Shown here: one piece after another, positions 29,138-39,049 of the stretch
Layout of the letters: every line of letters starts with the position of its first letter
Position numbering within the stretch: the stretch's first letter is position 1
Assembly: GCA_046583355.1 (NCBI GenBank)
Contig: JAYGCM010000057.1
Location: forward strand, 32,006-96,005
Direction of reading: 5' to 3'
DNA length: 64,000 nucleotides
Origin: Deltaproteobacteria bacterium
GTDB taxonomy: Bacteria > Desulfobacterota > Binatia > UBA12015
The notes under the pieces: model-generated
Database searches by the model: none
What the model was told of the DNA's origin: nothing
Seen by the model: only the letters and a program-made list of their open reading frames with translations
Translations under genes and position numbers: made by a program

Positions 29138-30105
29138 CAGCTGCGGTCGTAGGCCGTGATGATTTTCTGCACCAGCGGGTGGCGCACCACATCCCGTTCG
29201 CTGAAGCTGCAGAAGCCGATCCCCTCGACCGAGTGCAGAAGCTCTTGTGCCTCGATCAGGCCGGAGCGTTTACCCGGGCCCAGGTCGATCTGGGTCACAT
29301 CGCCCGTGATGACGGCCTTGGAACCGAAGCCGAGCCGCGTCAGGAACATTTTCATTTGTTCGGGCGTGGTATTCTGCGCTTCGTCGAGCACAACAAAAGC
29401 GTCGTTCAGGGTGCGGCCGCGCATGAAGGCGAGCGGTGCGACCTCGATCGTGCCCCGGTCCATATATTTCTGCGCTCGTGCTGGGTCGACCATATCGTTC
29501 AGGGCGTCGTAGAGAGGCCGCAGATAGGGGTTCACCTTGTCGGCGAGATCGCCGGGCAGGAAGCCGAGCCGCTCGCCGGCCTCGACGGCCGGACGTGCCA
29601 GAACAATGCGCGTGACCTCGTTGGCCGCGAGTGCGGCGACGGCCATCGCCATGGCGAGGTAGGTCTTGCCGGTTCCGGCAGGACCGATTCCGAAGACGAT
29701 ATCTTTCTTGCGGATTGTATCGATATAATATTTCTGCGCGACGGATTTGGGTGCGATCGTGCGATTATGGGCCGAGATGAAAATCGCGTCGAGGAAGATC
29801 TCATGCAGCCGCGCCTTGGAATCCGCCGAGAGAATGCGCACGGCATAGCCGACATCGGAGGCGTAGAGCGGGTAGCCGCGCGCGAGCAAATCCAGCAATT
29901 GCGTAAAGACACGACCCGCCAGTTCGCTTTGCAGATCGTCGCCACGGACCTCGATGGTCGAGCCATGCACGATGGCGCGCACGCCCGTGGCATCTTCGAT
30001 CATTTTCAGATGCTCGTCGTGCTGGCCGAGCAACCCGGTCAGCAAAGTGGGGTCGGGCACCTCGATATGAAGCGACCCGCCGGCCTGCGTTGTAGCTTGT
30101 GTCAT
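29137..30105 (-). CDS. PhoH-like ATPase (YbeZ)
   Basis: Walker A motif [11 protein letters not shown] and PhoH family conservation. It sits in the conserved ybeZ-ybeY arrangement, with start/stop overlaps on both sides. Confidence 0.9.
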   Translation of the reverse strand: MTQATTQAGGSLHIEVPDPTLLTGLLGQHDEHLKMIEDATGVRAIVHGSTIEVRGDDLQSELAGRVFTQLLDLLARGYPLYASDVGYAVRILSADSKARLHEIFLDAIFISAHNRTIAPKSVAQKYYIDTIRKKDIVFGIGPAGTGKTYLAMAMAVAALAANEVTRIVLARPAVEAGERLGFLPGDLADKVNPYLRPLYDALNDMVDPARAQKYMDRGTIEVAPLAFMRGRTLNDAFVVLDEAQNTTPEQMKMFLTRLGFGSKAVITGDVTQIDLGPGKRSGLIEAQELLHSVEGIGFCSFSERDVVRHPLVQKIITAYDRS

Positions 30106-32726
30106 TCCTTGATCAGATCGTAGACCCGCGCCAGAGCTGCGTCGAGCCCCGATGCATCCTTGCCACCTGCCTGGGCGAAGTCCGGACGACCGCCGCCTTT
30201 GCCACCCACCAGCGGCGCAAGCGCGCCCACCAGCTTGCCGGCATGCACGCGCCCGGTCAGATCCTTGGTCACAGCGGCAAGCAAAAGAACCTTGCCCTTG
30301 TCTTCGCCACCCAGAACAATCACGCCGGAGCCCAGACGGTCGCGCAATTTGTCGGCCAAATCGCGCATGACCTTGGCATTGCCGCCTTCGACCTTCTGCG
30401 CCAGCACCTGAATGCCGTCGATCTCGCGCACTTCATCGAGTAGGTCGCGCGAGGTGCCGGCAGCCAGCTTGGCCTGTGCCGCCTCGAGCTGGCTTGCCAG
30501 TTTCTTGTTATGCGCGAGCAGCTTCTCGACCCGCGTGCCGGCTTCTTTTTCGTCGGCGCGCAACAGCAGAGCGATCCCCGCGAGCGCCGCCTCACCCACC
30601 CGCACCGCTGCCAGCGCCCCTATGCCGGTGAGAGCCTCGATGCGGCGCACACCAGCACCCACGGCCGACTCGGCGCGAATCTTGAAGAGACCGATATCGC
30701 CCGTGCGACTCACATGCGTGCCACCGCAAAGCTCGACGGAGAACTCGCCCATCCGCAGAACGCGGACGCGGTCGCCGTATTTGTCGCCAAAGAAAGCCAG
30801 TGCGCCGGCAGCGGTGGCATCGTCGATCGCCATCTCGGTCGCCGTGACCTCGGCATTCTCACGAATTCGGTCGTTGACCCAATCCTCGATCTGCACGAGC
30901 ATTCCGGCATCGACACGGCCGTCGTTGGTGAAGTCGAAACGCAGGCGCTCGGCCGTGACCAGCGAACCGGCCTGATGCACATCGGCACCGAGGAAGGTGC
31001 GCAGGGCCGCATGCAGAATATGGGTCGCGGAATGGTTGAGGCGGGTTGCCTCACGGCGCGCCGGATCGACCACGAAGGTCGCGGCCGCACCGGCCGATAT
31101 GGACCCGCGCACGACCCGAGCGCGGTGCACGATGAGATCGGCGCGCGGCTTCTGGGTGTCGAGGACCTCGACCAGACTGCCATCGGCAAGCTCGATTATG
31201 CCGCCGTCGCCGGCCTGACCACCCGACTCGCCGTAGAAAGGAGTCTGCGCGGCGACCAACTCTACTTCTTCGCCCTCGCGCGCCTCGGCAATAGCCTCGC
31301 CGTCGCGCGCGAGCGCCGAGACCGTAGACTCGGCGCGCTCGTCCTCGTAGCCGACGAAGGCCGATGTCGCGTCGCCGAAGCCGCCGCCGGTCACGGTGGC
31401 AAAACGAGCCGCGTCGCGACCGCGCGCGCGCTGCGCGCCCATGGCCGCATCGAAGCCTGCGCGGTCGACCGCCAGGCCATCACCGCGCAGGATGTCTTCG
31501 GTGAGGTCGAAGGGAAAGCCGTAGGTATCGTAGAGCTTGAAGGCGACCGCGCCGGTGAGCGTCTTCTCGCCCCGAGTCGCCAGCTTCGCCTGCTCGTCCT
31601 GCAAGAGCCCGAGGCCCTTTTCCAGGGTCTCGCCGAAGCGTTCTTCTTCGCCCGTCACGGTTTGGCGGATTCGGTCGCGGTGCTCTTCGAGTTCGGGGTA
31701 GGCCGAGCCGAGAATATCGACCGTACGGTCCGTGATCTTGCCGAGAAAGGGTCCGTCAAGGCCGAGAAGATGGGCTTGGCGCGCGGCGCGGCGCAGCAGC
31801 CGACGCAACACATAGCCGCGGCCGTCGTTGGACGGCAGGATGCCGTCGGCGATCATCACGGCGACCGCACGCGCGTGGTCGGCGATCACGCGGAAGGCGA
31901 CATCGGTCGCCTCGAAGCTGCCTTTGTAGGCCGTGCCCGAGAGTTCTTCCGCCACCGTGATCAGGCCGCGCAGCTGGTCACCATCGTAATTGCCATTGCC
32001 GCCTTGCAAGACCGAAACCACACGCTCGAGGCCCAGCCCGGTATCGACATGCTTCTGCGCAAGGTCGCCCAGGCTGCCATCGGCACGCCGATCGTTCTGG
32101 ATGAAGACCAGATTCCAGAGTTCCATGTAGCGCGCGCAGCCGGAGTTCACGCCGCAGACGTGGCCGGCCGGCTGGTCACAGGTGCCCGGTCCGCGGTCAA
32201 TATGAATCTCGGAGCAAGGACCGCAGGGGCCCGTCTCGCCCATCTCCCAGAAATTGTCTTTCGCGCCACAACGCAGGACGCGCTCGGGGTGAATATCGGT
32301 CACCTTCGGCCAAAGCGCGGCGGCTTCGTCATCGGTCTCAAAGACGGTCGCGTAGAGTTTGTCCTTGGGCAGCTCCCAGACTCCGGTGAGAAGCTCCCAG
32401 GCCCACTCGATCGCTTCGGGTTTGTAATAGTCGCCGAACGACCAATTGCCGAGCATCTCGAAGAAAGTCTGGTGGTAGACGTCCCGGCCGACGTCGTCGA
32501 GATCGTTATGCTTGCCCGAGATCCGCAGGCATTTCTGCGAGTTCGCCACCCGCGGCGACACCGGCGTCTCGGTGCCGAGGAATACGTTCTTGAACGGAAC
32601 CATGCCGGCATTGGTGAAGAGCAACGAGGGGTCGCTCTGCGGCACGATCCGATCGCTCGGCACGATCAGGTGGTCGCGCGCGGCAAAGAAATCAAGGAAG
32701 GATTGTCGGACCTCAGTTCCGGTCAT
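30102..32726 (-). CDS. alaS: alanine--tRNA ligase
   Basis: 874 aa with the FTNAGMVPFKNVFLG class-II motif region, the editing domain and a C-terminal DHHA1-like region. Confidence 0.97.
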   Translation of the reverse strand: MTGTEVRQSFLDFFAARDHLIVPSDRIVPQSDPSLLFTNAGMVPFKNVFLGTETPVSPRVANSQKCLRISGKHNDLDDVGRDVYHQTFFEMLGNWSFGDYYKPEAIEWAWELLTGVWELPKDKLYATVFETDDEAAALWPKVTDIHPERVLRCGAKDNFWEMGETGPCGPCSEIHIDRGPGTCDQPAGHVCGVNSGCARYMELWNLVFIQNDRRADGSLGDLAQKHVDTGLGLERVVSVLQGGNGNYDGDQLRGLITVAEELSGTAYKGSFEATDVAFRVIADHARAVAVMIADGILPSNDGRGYVLRRLLRRAARQAHLLGLDGPFLGKITDRTVDILGSAYPELEEHRDRIRQTVTGEEERFGETLEKGLGLLQDEQAKLATRGEKTLTGAVAFKLYDTYGFPFDLTEDILRGDGLAVDRAGFDAAMGAQRARGRDAARFATVTGGGFGDATSAFVGYEDERAESTVSALARDGEAIAEAREGEEVELVAAQTPFYGESGGQAGDGGIIELADGSLVEVLDTQKPRADLIVHRARVVRGSISAGAAATFVVDPARREATRLNHSATHILHAALRTFLGADVHQAGSLVTAERLRFDFTNDGRVDAGMLVQIEDWVNDRIRENAEVTATEMAIDDATAAGALAFFGDKYGDRVRVLRMGEFSVELCGGTHVSRTGDIGLFKIRAESAVGAGVRRIEALTGIGALAAVRVGEAALAGIALLLRADEKEAGTRVEKLLAHNKKLASQLEAAQAKLAAGTSRDLLDEVREIDGIQVLAQKVEGGNAKVMRDLADKLRDRLGSGVIVLGGEDKGKVLLLAAVTKDLTGRVHAGKLVGALAPLVGGKGGGRPDFAQAGGKDASGLDAALARVYDLIKE

Positions 32727-32760
32727 TGCGGACCTCTAGAGGTCAGACGCGAAAGTGCAA
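32727..32760 (-). promoter_or_regulatory. promoter-like element TTGCAC-N16-TAGAGG-N6-ATG (leaderless alaS start)
   Basis: The minus strand reads TTGCAC tttcgcgtctgacctc TAGAGG tccgca ATG. The spacer and geometry match the elements at 37146 and 38491. Confidence 0.45.
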
Positions 32761-32798
32761 TGACGCAGGAGAGGCGCCGGCGGCGCGGCGGCGATGCC

Positions 32799-33809
32799 TT
32801 ATTCACGCAGAATCACGTCGAGAGTGAAGCGAAGCTTCTTGAGAATCCGGCCGAGAAAATTCCCGTGGATATTCCGGCGCAGACGGATCAGGGTCTTGCG
32901 CTCCAGCGAGTAGCGCAGGGGCTGGCGCCGCTTGGCCGGCTTCTCGCCGCTGCTGGCGGCCTCATCGAGGTCGGCCAGGATCTCGCTGCGCGGATAGCCG
33001 AGGATTTCCAGATCGGCGTCTTCGAGTCGCTGGAGAATCTGCATCACGACATCGAGCGTCTCGGGTTTCGAGGCGATCTCCACGGCCCAGCGCTTGATCG
33101 AAGAGGTAACCGGCCGGTCGTGCTGGCCGACGCCGATCGGGTCGCCCAGCCCTTGGAACTCGTCGGACTTTTCCTTGTAATTGATCGCGCCGGCCTCGAA
33201 GGGGAGAGCAAGGTGATCGCAAATGGCACGGAAGCCAGCCTCTGGATCCTCAACGAATTCCTCGTAGCGCACATGTGCGAAGGGAACCGGCTTGTCGCGC
33301 AGCATTTTCGCCAGCGCCGGTACGTAGCGCTCCAAGATGGGATTATGCTCCATCGCCACTTCATAATCGCCATCAAAAAAAGAGTTGACGTAGGAAGAGA
33401 GGATGGCAAGCGGGTGGCGCGTCAGAATAACGTAGCCGGCCTTGGGATAGAGCCGCGACAAAAAAGGCAGCACCAGAGAATAGGCTGGTGTTTTGTCGAG
33501 GAAATATTTCTTGCCCGGTGTCGTCTCGAGCATCTGCCCGTAGAGAGAATCGGTGCAAGCCCGCAGAGCGTCGAGGTAGCCTTCCTCGCCGCGCGGCAGA
33601 TCCGAAACCACCTCATGGATGGCCTGCTGCACGTTGAAAGGGTCGTAGGGCGCCTTCTGCACGCTGCCGAAATAGCCGAGGTGGGCCAGCGGCGTAATCA
33701 GGTGCGGCTCGGCGCGGCTGGCGACCTCGGAATGGGCGCTCAGAATGCGCGCAAGCAATGTGGTGCCGGAACGGGGGGCTCCAACGAGGAAAATCAGGCG
33801 GTCCTGCAC
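32799..33809 (-). CDS. sulfotransferase family protein
   Basis: 5'-PSB motif PRSGTTLL and 3'-PB region ILTRHPLAILSS. Starts with GTG. Confidence 0.75.
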   Translation of the reverse strand: MQDRLIFLVGAPRSGTTLLARILSAHSEVASRAEPHLITPLAHLGYFGSVQKAPYDPFNVQQAIHEVVSDLPRGEEGYLDALRACTDSLYGQMLETTPGKKYFLDKTPAYSLVLPFLSRLYPKAGYVILTRHPLAILSSYVNSFFDGDYEVAMEHNPILERYVPALAKMLRDKPVPFAHVRYEEFVEDPEAGFRAICDHLALPFEAGAINYKEKSDEFQGLGDPIGVGQHDRPVTSSIKRWAVEIASKPETLDVVMQILQRLEDADLEILGYPRSEILADLDEAASSGEKPAKRRQPLRYSLERKTLIRLRRNIHGNFLGRILKKLRFTLDVILRE

Positions 33810-33976
33810 CCAACGAGTTTAGCCAAACCGCAGGCTCTGGGCTAGTCAGTATCGCGCGACCAACGCCAGCGCCGCGGGGATTGCCGCCTGCTTGGCGCGA
33901 CCAGTGACCGGGGCGCGGAAGCCGCGGCCTGCACTGCCTCATTGACACGAGGGCATCGGCGACAGGAAGAAGGGGA

Positions 33977-35998
33977 ATGGCGGGGCGAAAGCGAAAGAGT
34001 AAGTCGCGCAGGTCGAGCGCAGCCACGCCGCCGGCAATGCCGCTGCCGCGCTGGATGCCCCTTGCCTGCCTCGCCTTACTCCTCGTGCTCGCGTTGCCCG
34101 CGTGGCGCGCTCCCGCCAGGCTGGTGATCACGGGCGGCACCCCGCCTGCGGCCGAGGCGCGCGCCTTGACTCTGCTCGCCCAGGCCAGCGCGCGCCTGCT
34201 CTCGCCACTGGCCCCGGTGCCGGCACAGCCCGGCTTTCCCGCGGAAACCACAACACCCGCCGACGCGCCGGGATTGCTCGCCGGATTGCTGGCGCTGCCA
34301 GCCGTGGCCGCGGGCGAGCCGATTCTCGCCTGGAACCTGACCACCTTGCTGCTTGCCTGGCTCGCCGCCCTCGCCATGCTGGTCCTCGTGCATGCCGCCA
34401 CCGGCAGCCCGGTGGCGGCATTTGTGGCAGCCATCGCCTGGGCCATCCCGCCGGATTCCCTCGCAGCACCGCTGGCCGTGCTGCTGCGGGTCACCCCGCT
34501 GCTGCCCATGGCCGTGCTCGCCGGCGCCCGCCTGGCCGCCCGGCCGCGCCGCGTCGAGGTGGTCGCCGCAGGCGGCACCATGATTCTCATCGCCGCAGCG
34601 CCACCCGCTCTCGCGCTGGCCGCATTCTGCGTGGCCGGCCTGAGTGCCGGATTGGCGGGACGCCAAGACCGCCACGCACCGCTGCGGCTTGTCCTCATAG
34701 CCAGCCTCGCGGCAATGACCTGGATCTTGGCCGGCCATGGTCCCAGCTTCGCGCCGGGCGAGTTGCCCTTCTTCTATGGAGCCCTTCCCCTGCGGAGCTT
34801 TCTGCCCGGCGCCAGCAGCTTCCCCGGCGGCGCTTTGCTGCTCCTAGCCCTGGTCGGTGCCTTCTACCGGCGCGGCGCCGTCCGCCCCCGCGGCGGCCAC
34901 GATCCACGGACGCACCTCGCCGTTTTGATTGTCTTGATCGTGCCGGCACTCAGCGACTCGCTGGCTCTGCCCGACGGTGGCACCCTGCGGCTTCCTCTTG
35001 GCTGGCTGCGTGTGGCAGCGCCCGAGGCCGCCGCGATGCTCTCGGGACTGCGCCTACTGCTGCCCTTCGCCCTGGTCCTGCTCGCCGGCTACGGCACCGC
35101 CGCTCTCGCACGCGCCATGGCACCCGGTGCGCCGCGCAATATCCTGCTTGGCATCCTGGTCGGTCTGCTCCTCCTTGAAAACCTCCATCCGTCTCTCACC
35201 CAGGTCTCCTTCGGCCGCAGCAACCCCCGCGACGCTCTGCGGCTTACGCCGCCGGCCGAGGAAGCCCTGCTACTGCGCGGGGCTGCACCCGGGGCGCTTG
35301 TCGATCTGCCCGGCGGCGTCTACGACCCCGGCGCGCATCGCCTGCGCGCCGCCGCCTGGCACCTGCGCGCAACACCCGAGGGTCTCGCTCGGCCTGCGCA
35401 CGCGGCTGCCGCGCTGGCAGGTCTGCTCGCCGCACCGACGGAGAGTGCCCGCGCCGAGGCATTGGCCGCGCTCGGTGTCGGCAACCTCCTGGTGCATAAA
35501 CATGATTTCGCGCCCGACGAGTTCGCCGGGCTGCTGCGCGCACTGGCCCGCAGCGGTGGCGGTGGCGGGCGCCTGCGCACGCTCGGCGAGAGCCCGGCAC
35601 ACCTCCTGCTCGGGCTCACGGGCCAGTCCAGCACGTCGGAATCCTTGGATGCCTTGGAGTCCAACCTCCCGACCGAAACACGCCTGCGGCTACGCGGCCC
35701 GCAAGACCTCATCGTCTTCGAGCTCCACGCCGGTGGCAGCCAGAACTTCCGCCACCCGGAGCCCGAAAAGAGAACCCGGCTCACGATCCGCTTCTTCGAT
35801 GCCCATGGCCACCTCGTCAGCACCGAAACCGCGCGCGCGCTACTGCCGCTGGTAGTCGGGCGTGGCGGACGCGCCTATGTCGCCTTGCAAGTGAATCTGC
35901 CGGAGACGCCAGGCCACCACACGGCCACGCTTGCGCCAAGCAACGACCCGGCACTCACCCTCGCGATCCAACCAGTCGATATACAACAACTAGATTGA
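33977..35998 (+). CDS. large polytopic membrane protein (about 12 TM helices plus a C-terminal soluble domain); possible GT-C glycosyltransferase or polymerase
   Basis: 673 aa, Ala/Leu-rich, many hydrophobic helices, very high GC3. The overlapping ORFs on both strands are spurious. The function is guessed from context only. Confidence 0.5.
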   Translation: MAGRKRKSKSRRSSAATPPAMPLPRWMPLACLALLLVLALPAWRAPARLVITGGTPPAAEARALTLLAQASARLLSPLAPVPAQPGFPAETTTPADAPGLLAGLLALPAVAAGEPILAWNLTTLLLAWLAALAMLVLVHAATGSPVAAFVAAIAWAIPPDSLAAPLAVLLRVTPLLPMAVLAGARLAARPRRVEVVAAGGTMILIAAAPPALALAAFCVAGLSAGLAGRQDRHAPLRLVLIASLAAMTWILAGHGPSFAPGELPFFYGALPLRSFLPGASSFPGGALLLLALVGAFYRRGAVRPRGGHDPRTHLAVLIVLIVPALSDSLALPDGGTLRLPLGWLRVAAPEAAAMLSGLRLLLPFALVLLAGYGTAALARAMAPGAPRNILLGILVGLLLLENLHPSLTQVSFGRSNPRDALRLTPPAEEALLLRGAAPGALVDLPGGVYDPGAHRLRAAAWHLRATPEGLARPAHAAAALAGLLAAPTESARAEALAALGVGNLLVHKHDFAPDEFAGLLRALARSGGGGGRLRTLGESPAHLLLGLTGQSSTSESLDALESNLPTETRLRLRGPQDLIVFELHAGGSQNFRHPEPEKRTRLTIRFFDAHGHLVSTETARALLPLVVGRGGRAYVALQVNLPETPGHHTATLAPSNDPALTLAIQPVDIQQLD

Positions 35999-36089
35999 CG
36001 ATAGGCGATCAATGCCTGCGCTACAAAAGGCCCCGCGCGACGAAGCACCGTGCCTGCGGACGATCCTGCGCACGAAACACCATGCGGGT

Positions 36090-37145
36090 TCAGCCTGCGG
36101 GCTGCGCTGCGGCGCCTGCCTGCAAGGCGGCCTCGACCTCGGCGAAAACCTCGGCAACGCCGATCTCTGTCATTGCTGCGGCGCCGCCTGTGGCCGCGGC
36201 GCGCAAAACGCGATGGTCGCGCCCATAAGGGCGGTAGATTGCCGGATCCTTCGGGCCGAAGAGAGCCACGCAACGCACACCCTTTGCGGCCGCCAAATGC
36301 ATCGGTCCGGTATCGGCCGAGACAAAGACTGCCGCGCTTTCAATCAAGGCGGCCAGATCGAGCAGCGAGGTCGGCTGCGGACCAAGCACAGCAGCACCCT
36401 TGGCGGCGCGCAGGACTTCGCGGGCCAGACCTTCCTCGCCCGGCCCCCAAGTGACCAGCACGCGGCACTCCGCCTCGGCCTCGATGCGCGCGGCGAGGGC
36501 GCCGAAACGCTCGGCGGGCCAACGCTTGTCAGCGCCCTTATCGCTGGTGCCGGGGTGCAGGACGACAAAACGCCCTTGGTCACACCCGGAAGCCTCGCGG
36601 CAGGCTGCCGCGCGCGCCACGGCCGCGGCCGAATGCGGCAGGATATATTCACGCTCCTGCGAGTCGATCCCAAGCGGTCCGAGCAAAGAGCAGAATTTGT
36701 CGACCCGATGCGGCGACAAGGGCGGCGGGACGACGGTCTCGGTGGCAAAAAAACGGCTACCCTCGAGCGAATGCCCTTGCGCAAAAGCGATGCGCCGCGA
36801 CGCGCCCGAGAAGGCGGCATGAAATGCGCCCTTGAGGTTGCCTTGAAAATCGAGCGTCACATCCGGCGCACCCGCACGGATCTCGGCGGCGTAGGCACGA
36901 AACTCGCGGCGCAGCGTACCCCACGCGCGCGGGCCGGCGCGCAGCAACTCGCGGAAACGACAGCGCTCGAAGACATATACATGGTCGATACAGGGGTGCC
37001 CAATCAGGAGTTCCGCAGCGCGGTCTTCTACGACGAACGAGATCCTCGCCTCCGGCCGTGCCCGGCGCAGCAGCGTCAGGGCGGGCAGCGTATTGATCAC
37101 ATCCCCGATGGCGCTCAGGCGGATCAGCAGGAAACGATCGGGCAC
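36090..37145 (-). CDS. glycosyltransferase family 9 (ADP-heptose:LPS heptosyltransferase-like)
   Basis: N-terminal FLLIRLSAIGDVINTLPAL motif. The start is a GTG at 37145. Confidence 0.85.
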   Translation of the reverse strand: MPDRFLLIRLSAIGDVINTLPALTLLRRARPEARISFVVEDRAAELLIGHPCIDHVYVFERCRFRELLRAGPRAWGTLRREFRAYAAEIRAGAPDVTLDFQGNLKGAFHAAFSGASRRIAFAQGHSLEGSRFFATETVVPPPLSPHRVDKFCSLLGPLGIDSQEREYILPHSAAAVARAAACREASGCDQGRFVVLHPGTSDKGADKRWPAERFGALAARIEAEAECRVLVTWGPGEEGLAREVLRAAKGAAVLGPQPTSLLDLAALIESAAVFVSADTGPMHLAAAKGVRCVALFGPKDPAIYRPYGRDHRVLRAAATGGAAAMTEIGVAEVFAEVEAALQAGAAAQPAG

Positions 37146-37179
37146 GAGGCTTTCCTAGAGGTCCGGCCGAAAAGTGCAA
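37146..37179 (-). promoter_or_regulatory. promoter-like element TTGCAC-N16-TAGGAA-N6-GTG (leaderless start of the GT9 gene)
   Basis: The minus strand reads TTGCAC ttttcggccggacctc TAGGAA agcctc GTG. Confidence 0.45.
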
Positions 37180-37325
37180 CGAAGCACAAAACCGCGGGGT
37201 CCAACCGGCGCAGGAACCCGACCGAGAGCACAACGCCTGGAGGCCCGAGGAAACGCGGCCGCTTCCGGGTTGCGGCCCGCGCTGATACGCTACCCACGAA
37301 GCTGCGGTTCGACTGCGGCGCGACG

Positions 37326-38414
37326 ATGCCAGGAGCGCCGACCTTGAAAGCCCAGATCGACAGCCCGCATTTCGCCTCGCTCGACGGACTCCGCGGAGCG
37401 GCGGCCCTCATCGTGGTCTTCACGCATTGTTGTGGGGCCATCGCGCGGACACCGGAGATGGACTTCTGGATCTACCAAACGCCGCTGCGCATTCTCGCGG
37501 CCCCGGCAGGCGCGGTGCAGGTCTTCTTCGCGCTCAGCGGCTGGGTGCTGGCCTATTCGCTCTCGCGCCGCAGCCGACCGAGCGATACGGCACGCTATTA
37601 CCTGCGTCGCGTGCTGCGCATCCATCCGCCCTATATCGCCGCCGTACTGCTGGCCTGGGGCCTGAGCTTCCTCTATGTGGCCCTGCCCGATGCCGTCGGA
37701 TTGAACGGCTGGTTCAAGTCCAACCTCAAGGTTCACCTCTTGCCCGAGCAGGTAGCCATGGCCCTGCGCTTTCCCGGCTCAGCCAGCGGCCAACTGCCGA
37801 TCGGCTGGTCGCTGGCCGTCGAGATGATCTTCTCGTTTCTGATGCCGATCTTCTGCCTCGTTGCCACGCGGCTGCATTGGGCCGTGTTGGTGCCGGTGCT
37901 TGTCTATTCCTTCTCGAGCTCAAGCGAGTTCCCGGTGCTGCGTTGGTCTTTCGATTTCATTTTCGGAATGACGCTCTTCCTGGAACGCGAGCGCATCGCG
38001 GCCTTGGCGCGGCGCGTGCCGTCCTGGGGCCACGCCCTCTTCTTTGCCCTGACACTGGCCCTCTTTACGTGGCCAACCCAGATCTTCAAATCACCGCCGG
38101 AAATCCTGCGTGTCGCCATCGGCTCGGTCTTCTTCGTCGCCTCCGTGCTCTATATCCCTTGGGTCAGGCGGTTCTTTGCCACCAAGCCGATGACCGAATT
38201 GGGGCGGATCTCCTACAGCCTCTATCTCGTCCACTTCCCGATCCTGCTGGTGCTGGCGCCGCATCTCGTAGTGCCGGGCTGGCCCTGGCTGAGTCTCCTG
38301 ACAGTGCTTGTCGGTGTCGTCACCACCAGCCTGATCGCCGGCGATCTGGCCTGGCGGGCCGTCGAGCGGCCCTCCATGCACCTCGGCCGCTGGCTAGCGA
38401 AACGAATTCCTTGA
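37326..38414 (+). CDS. acyltransferase family 3 (OafA-like membrane O-acyltransferase)
   Basis: LDGLRGAAALIVVFTHC N-terminal signature and 10 TM helices. The 800-aa ORF starting at 36012 is an antisense artefact of the GT9 gene. Confidence 0.8.
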   Translation: MPGAPTLKAQIDSPHFASLDGLRGAAALIVVFTHCCGAIARTPEMDFWIYQTPLRILAAPAGAVQVFFALSGWVLAYSLSRRSRPSDTARYYLRRVLRIHPPYIAAVLLAWGLSFLYVALPDAVGLNGWFKSNLKVHLLPEQVAMALRFPGSASGQLPIGWSLAVEMIFSFLMPIFCLVATRLHWAVLVPVLVYSFSSSSEFPVLRWSFDFIFGMTLFLERERIAALARRVPSWGHALFFALTLALFTWPTQIFKSPPEILRVAIGSVFFVASVLYIPWVRRFFATKPMTELGRISYSLYLVHFPILLVLAPHLVVPGWPWLSLLTVLVGVVTTSLIAGDLAWRAVERPSMHLGRWLAKRIP

Positions 38415-38490
38415 AGCCTCCGGGTCCCGCACACCTCTCCCGCGCCGCCACCTCTCACTCAATTTGAGCCGCCTGGCCGCAGCCCGGATG

Positions 38491-38524
38491 TTGCACTTTT
38501 CTGCCCGGCCTCTAGAAGTGGCCC
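38491..38524 (+). promoter_or_regulatory. promoter-like element TTGCAC-N16-TAGAAG-N6-ATG (leaderless start)
   Basis: The plus strand reads TTGCAC ttttctgcccggcctc TAGAAG tggccc ATG. Confidence 0.45.
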
Positions 38525-38998
38525 ATGGTACGCAGGGACTTCCTTCAATCAGCATCCTCACTCGGGCTCGGGGCCGCCTTGGCCTCTCTCTTCGGCATAG
38601 GCGACGCCGAAGCGATGGCGACGGCAGACAGCAGGGAGGCCCGCCTGCGCGAGGACGACCTGATCTATCTCTCGACCCGCCGCAAAAGCGGCGCTTGGAG
38701 TTCGCAGGCGCCGATCTGGTTCTGGTTCGATGATCAGACGATCTACTTCAGCTGCTCGCCCGAGAGCTGGAAGGCGAAACGCCTGGGCGAAGGCGGCCCT
38801 GTCCGCATTCGCGTCGGCAGCGACGATGGCCCGGAGGTCATCGGCCAGGCCACACGCATCCACGACCTCGGCCTCGTGGACCGTCTCGGCGACGCTTGGT
38901 CCAACAAATACTGGGTTGCCTGGTTGGGCTTCTTTCGCCCCCGCCGCGACCGCATCGAAAGCGGCAAGACCTACGCCTACCAGGTCAAGATCGACTAG
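38525..38998 (+). CDS. twin-arginine (Tat) signal peptide protein with a possible split-barrel flavin-binding (PPOX-like) domain
   Basis: MVRRDFLQSASSLGLGAALA is a Tat signal. The mature part (LIYLSTRRKSG...WFWFDDQTIYFSCS...) resembles pyridoxamine-phosphate-oxidase-like folds. Confidence 0.55.
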   Translation: MVRRDFLQSASSLGLGAALASLFGIGDAEAMATADSREARLREDDLIYLSTRRKSGAWSSQAPIWFWFDDQTIYFSCSPESWKAKRLGEGGPVRIRVGSDDGPEVIGQATRIHDLGLVDRLGDAWSNKYWVAWLGFFRPRRDRIESGKTYAYQVKID

Positions 38999-39004
38999 AA
39001 GTCC

Positions 39005-39032
39005 GGCCGGGAAGCAGCGCTGCTTCCCGGCC
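39005..39032. terminator. bidirectional hairpin GGCCGGGAAGCAGC/GCTGCTTCCCGGCC between convergent genes
   Basis: Perfect 14-bp inverted repeat 6 nt after the TAG of the Tat-protein gene and before the nitroreductase stop. No T-tract follows it. Confidence 0.45.
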
Positions 39033-39049
39033 AGACCGCTCGCGCTGTC

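Noticed and set aside
30510-33845. 1111-aa plus-strand ORF, the longest ORF in the window after the GT gene
   Set aside because: It lies antisense to the unambiguous alaS gene and to the sulfotransferase gene, and its translation is Arg/Gly/Ala-rich low-complexity sequence. It is a classic high-GC antisense artefact.
33613-35178. Long overlapping ORFs on both strands (361 aa minus, 358 aa plus) inside the 673-aa membrane protein gene
   Set aside because: They are alternative-frame or antisense artefacts of a very GC-rich, Ala/Leu-codon-rich gene, with Arg/Pro/Gly-rich translations.
36012-37325. First 438 codons of an 800-aa plus-strand ORF
   Set aside because: It is antisense to the well-supported GT9 heptosyltransferase gene. 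Only the last 362 codons (from the ATG at 37326) show acyltransferase-3 features.
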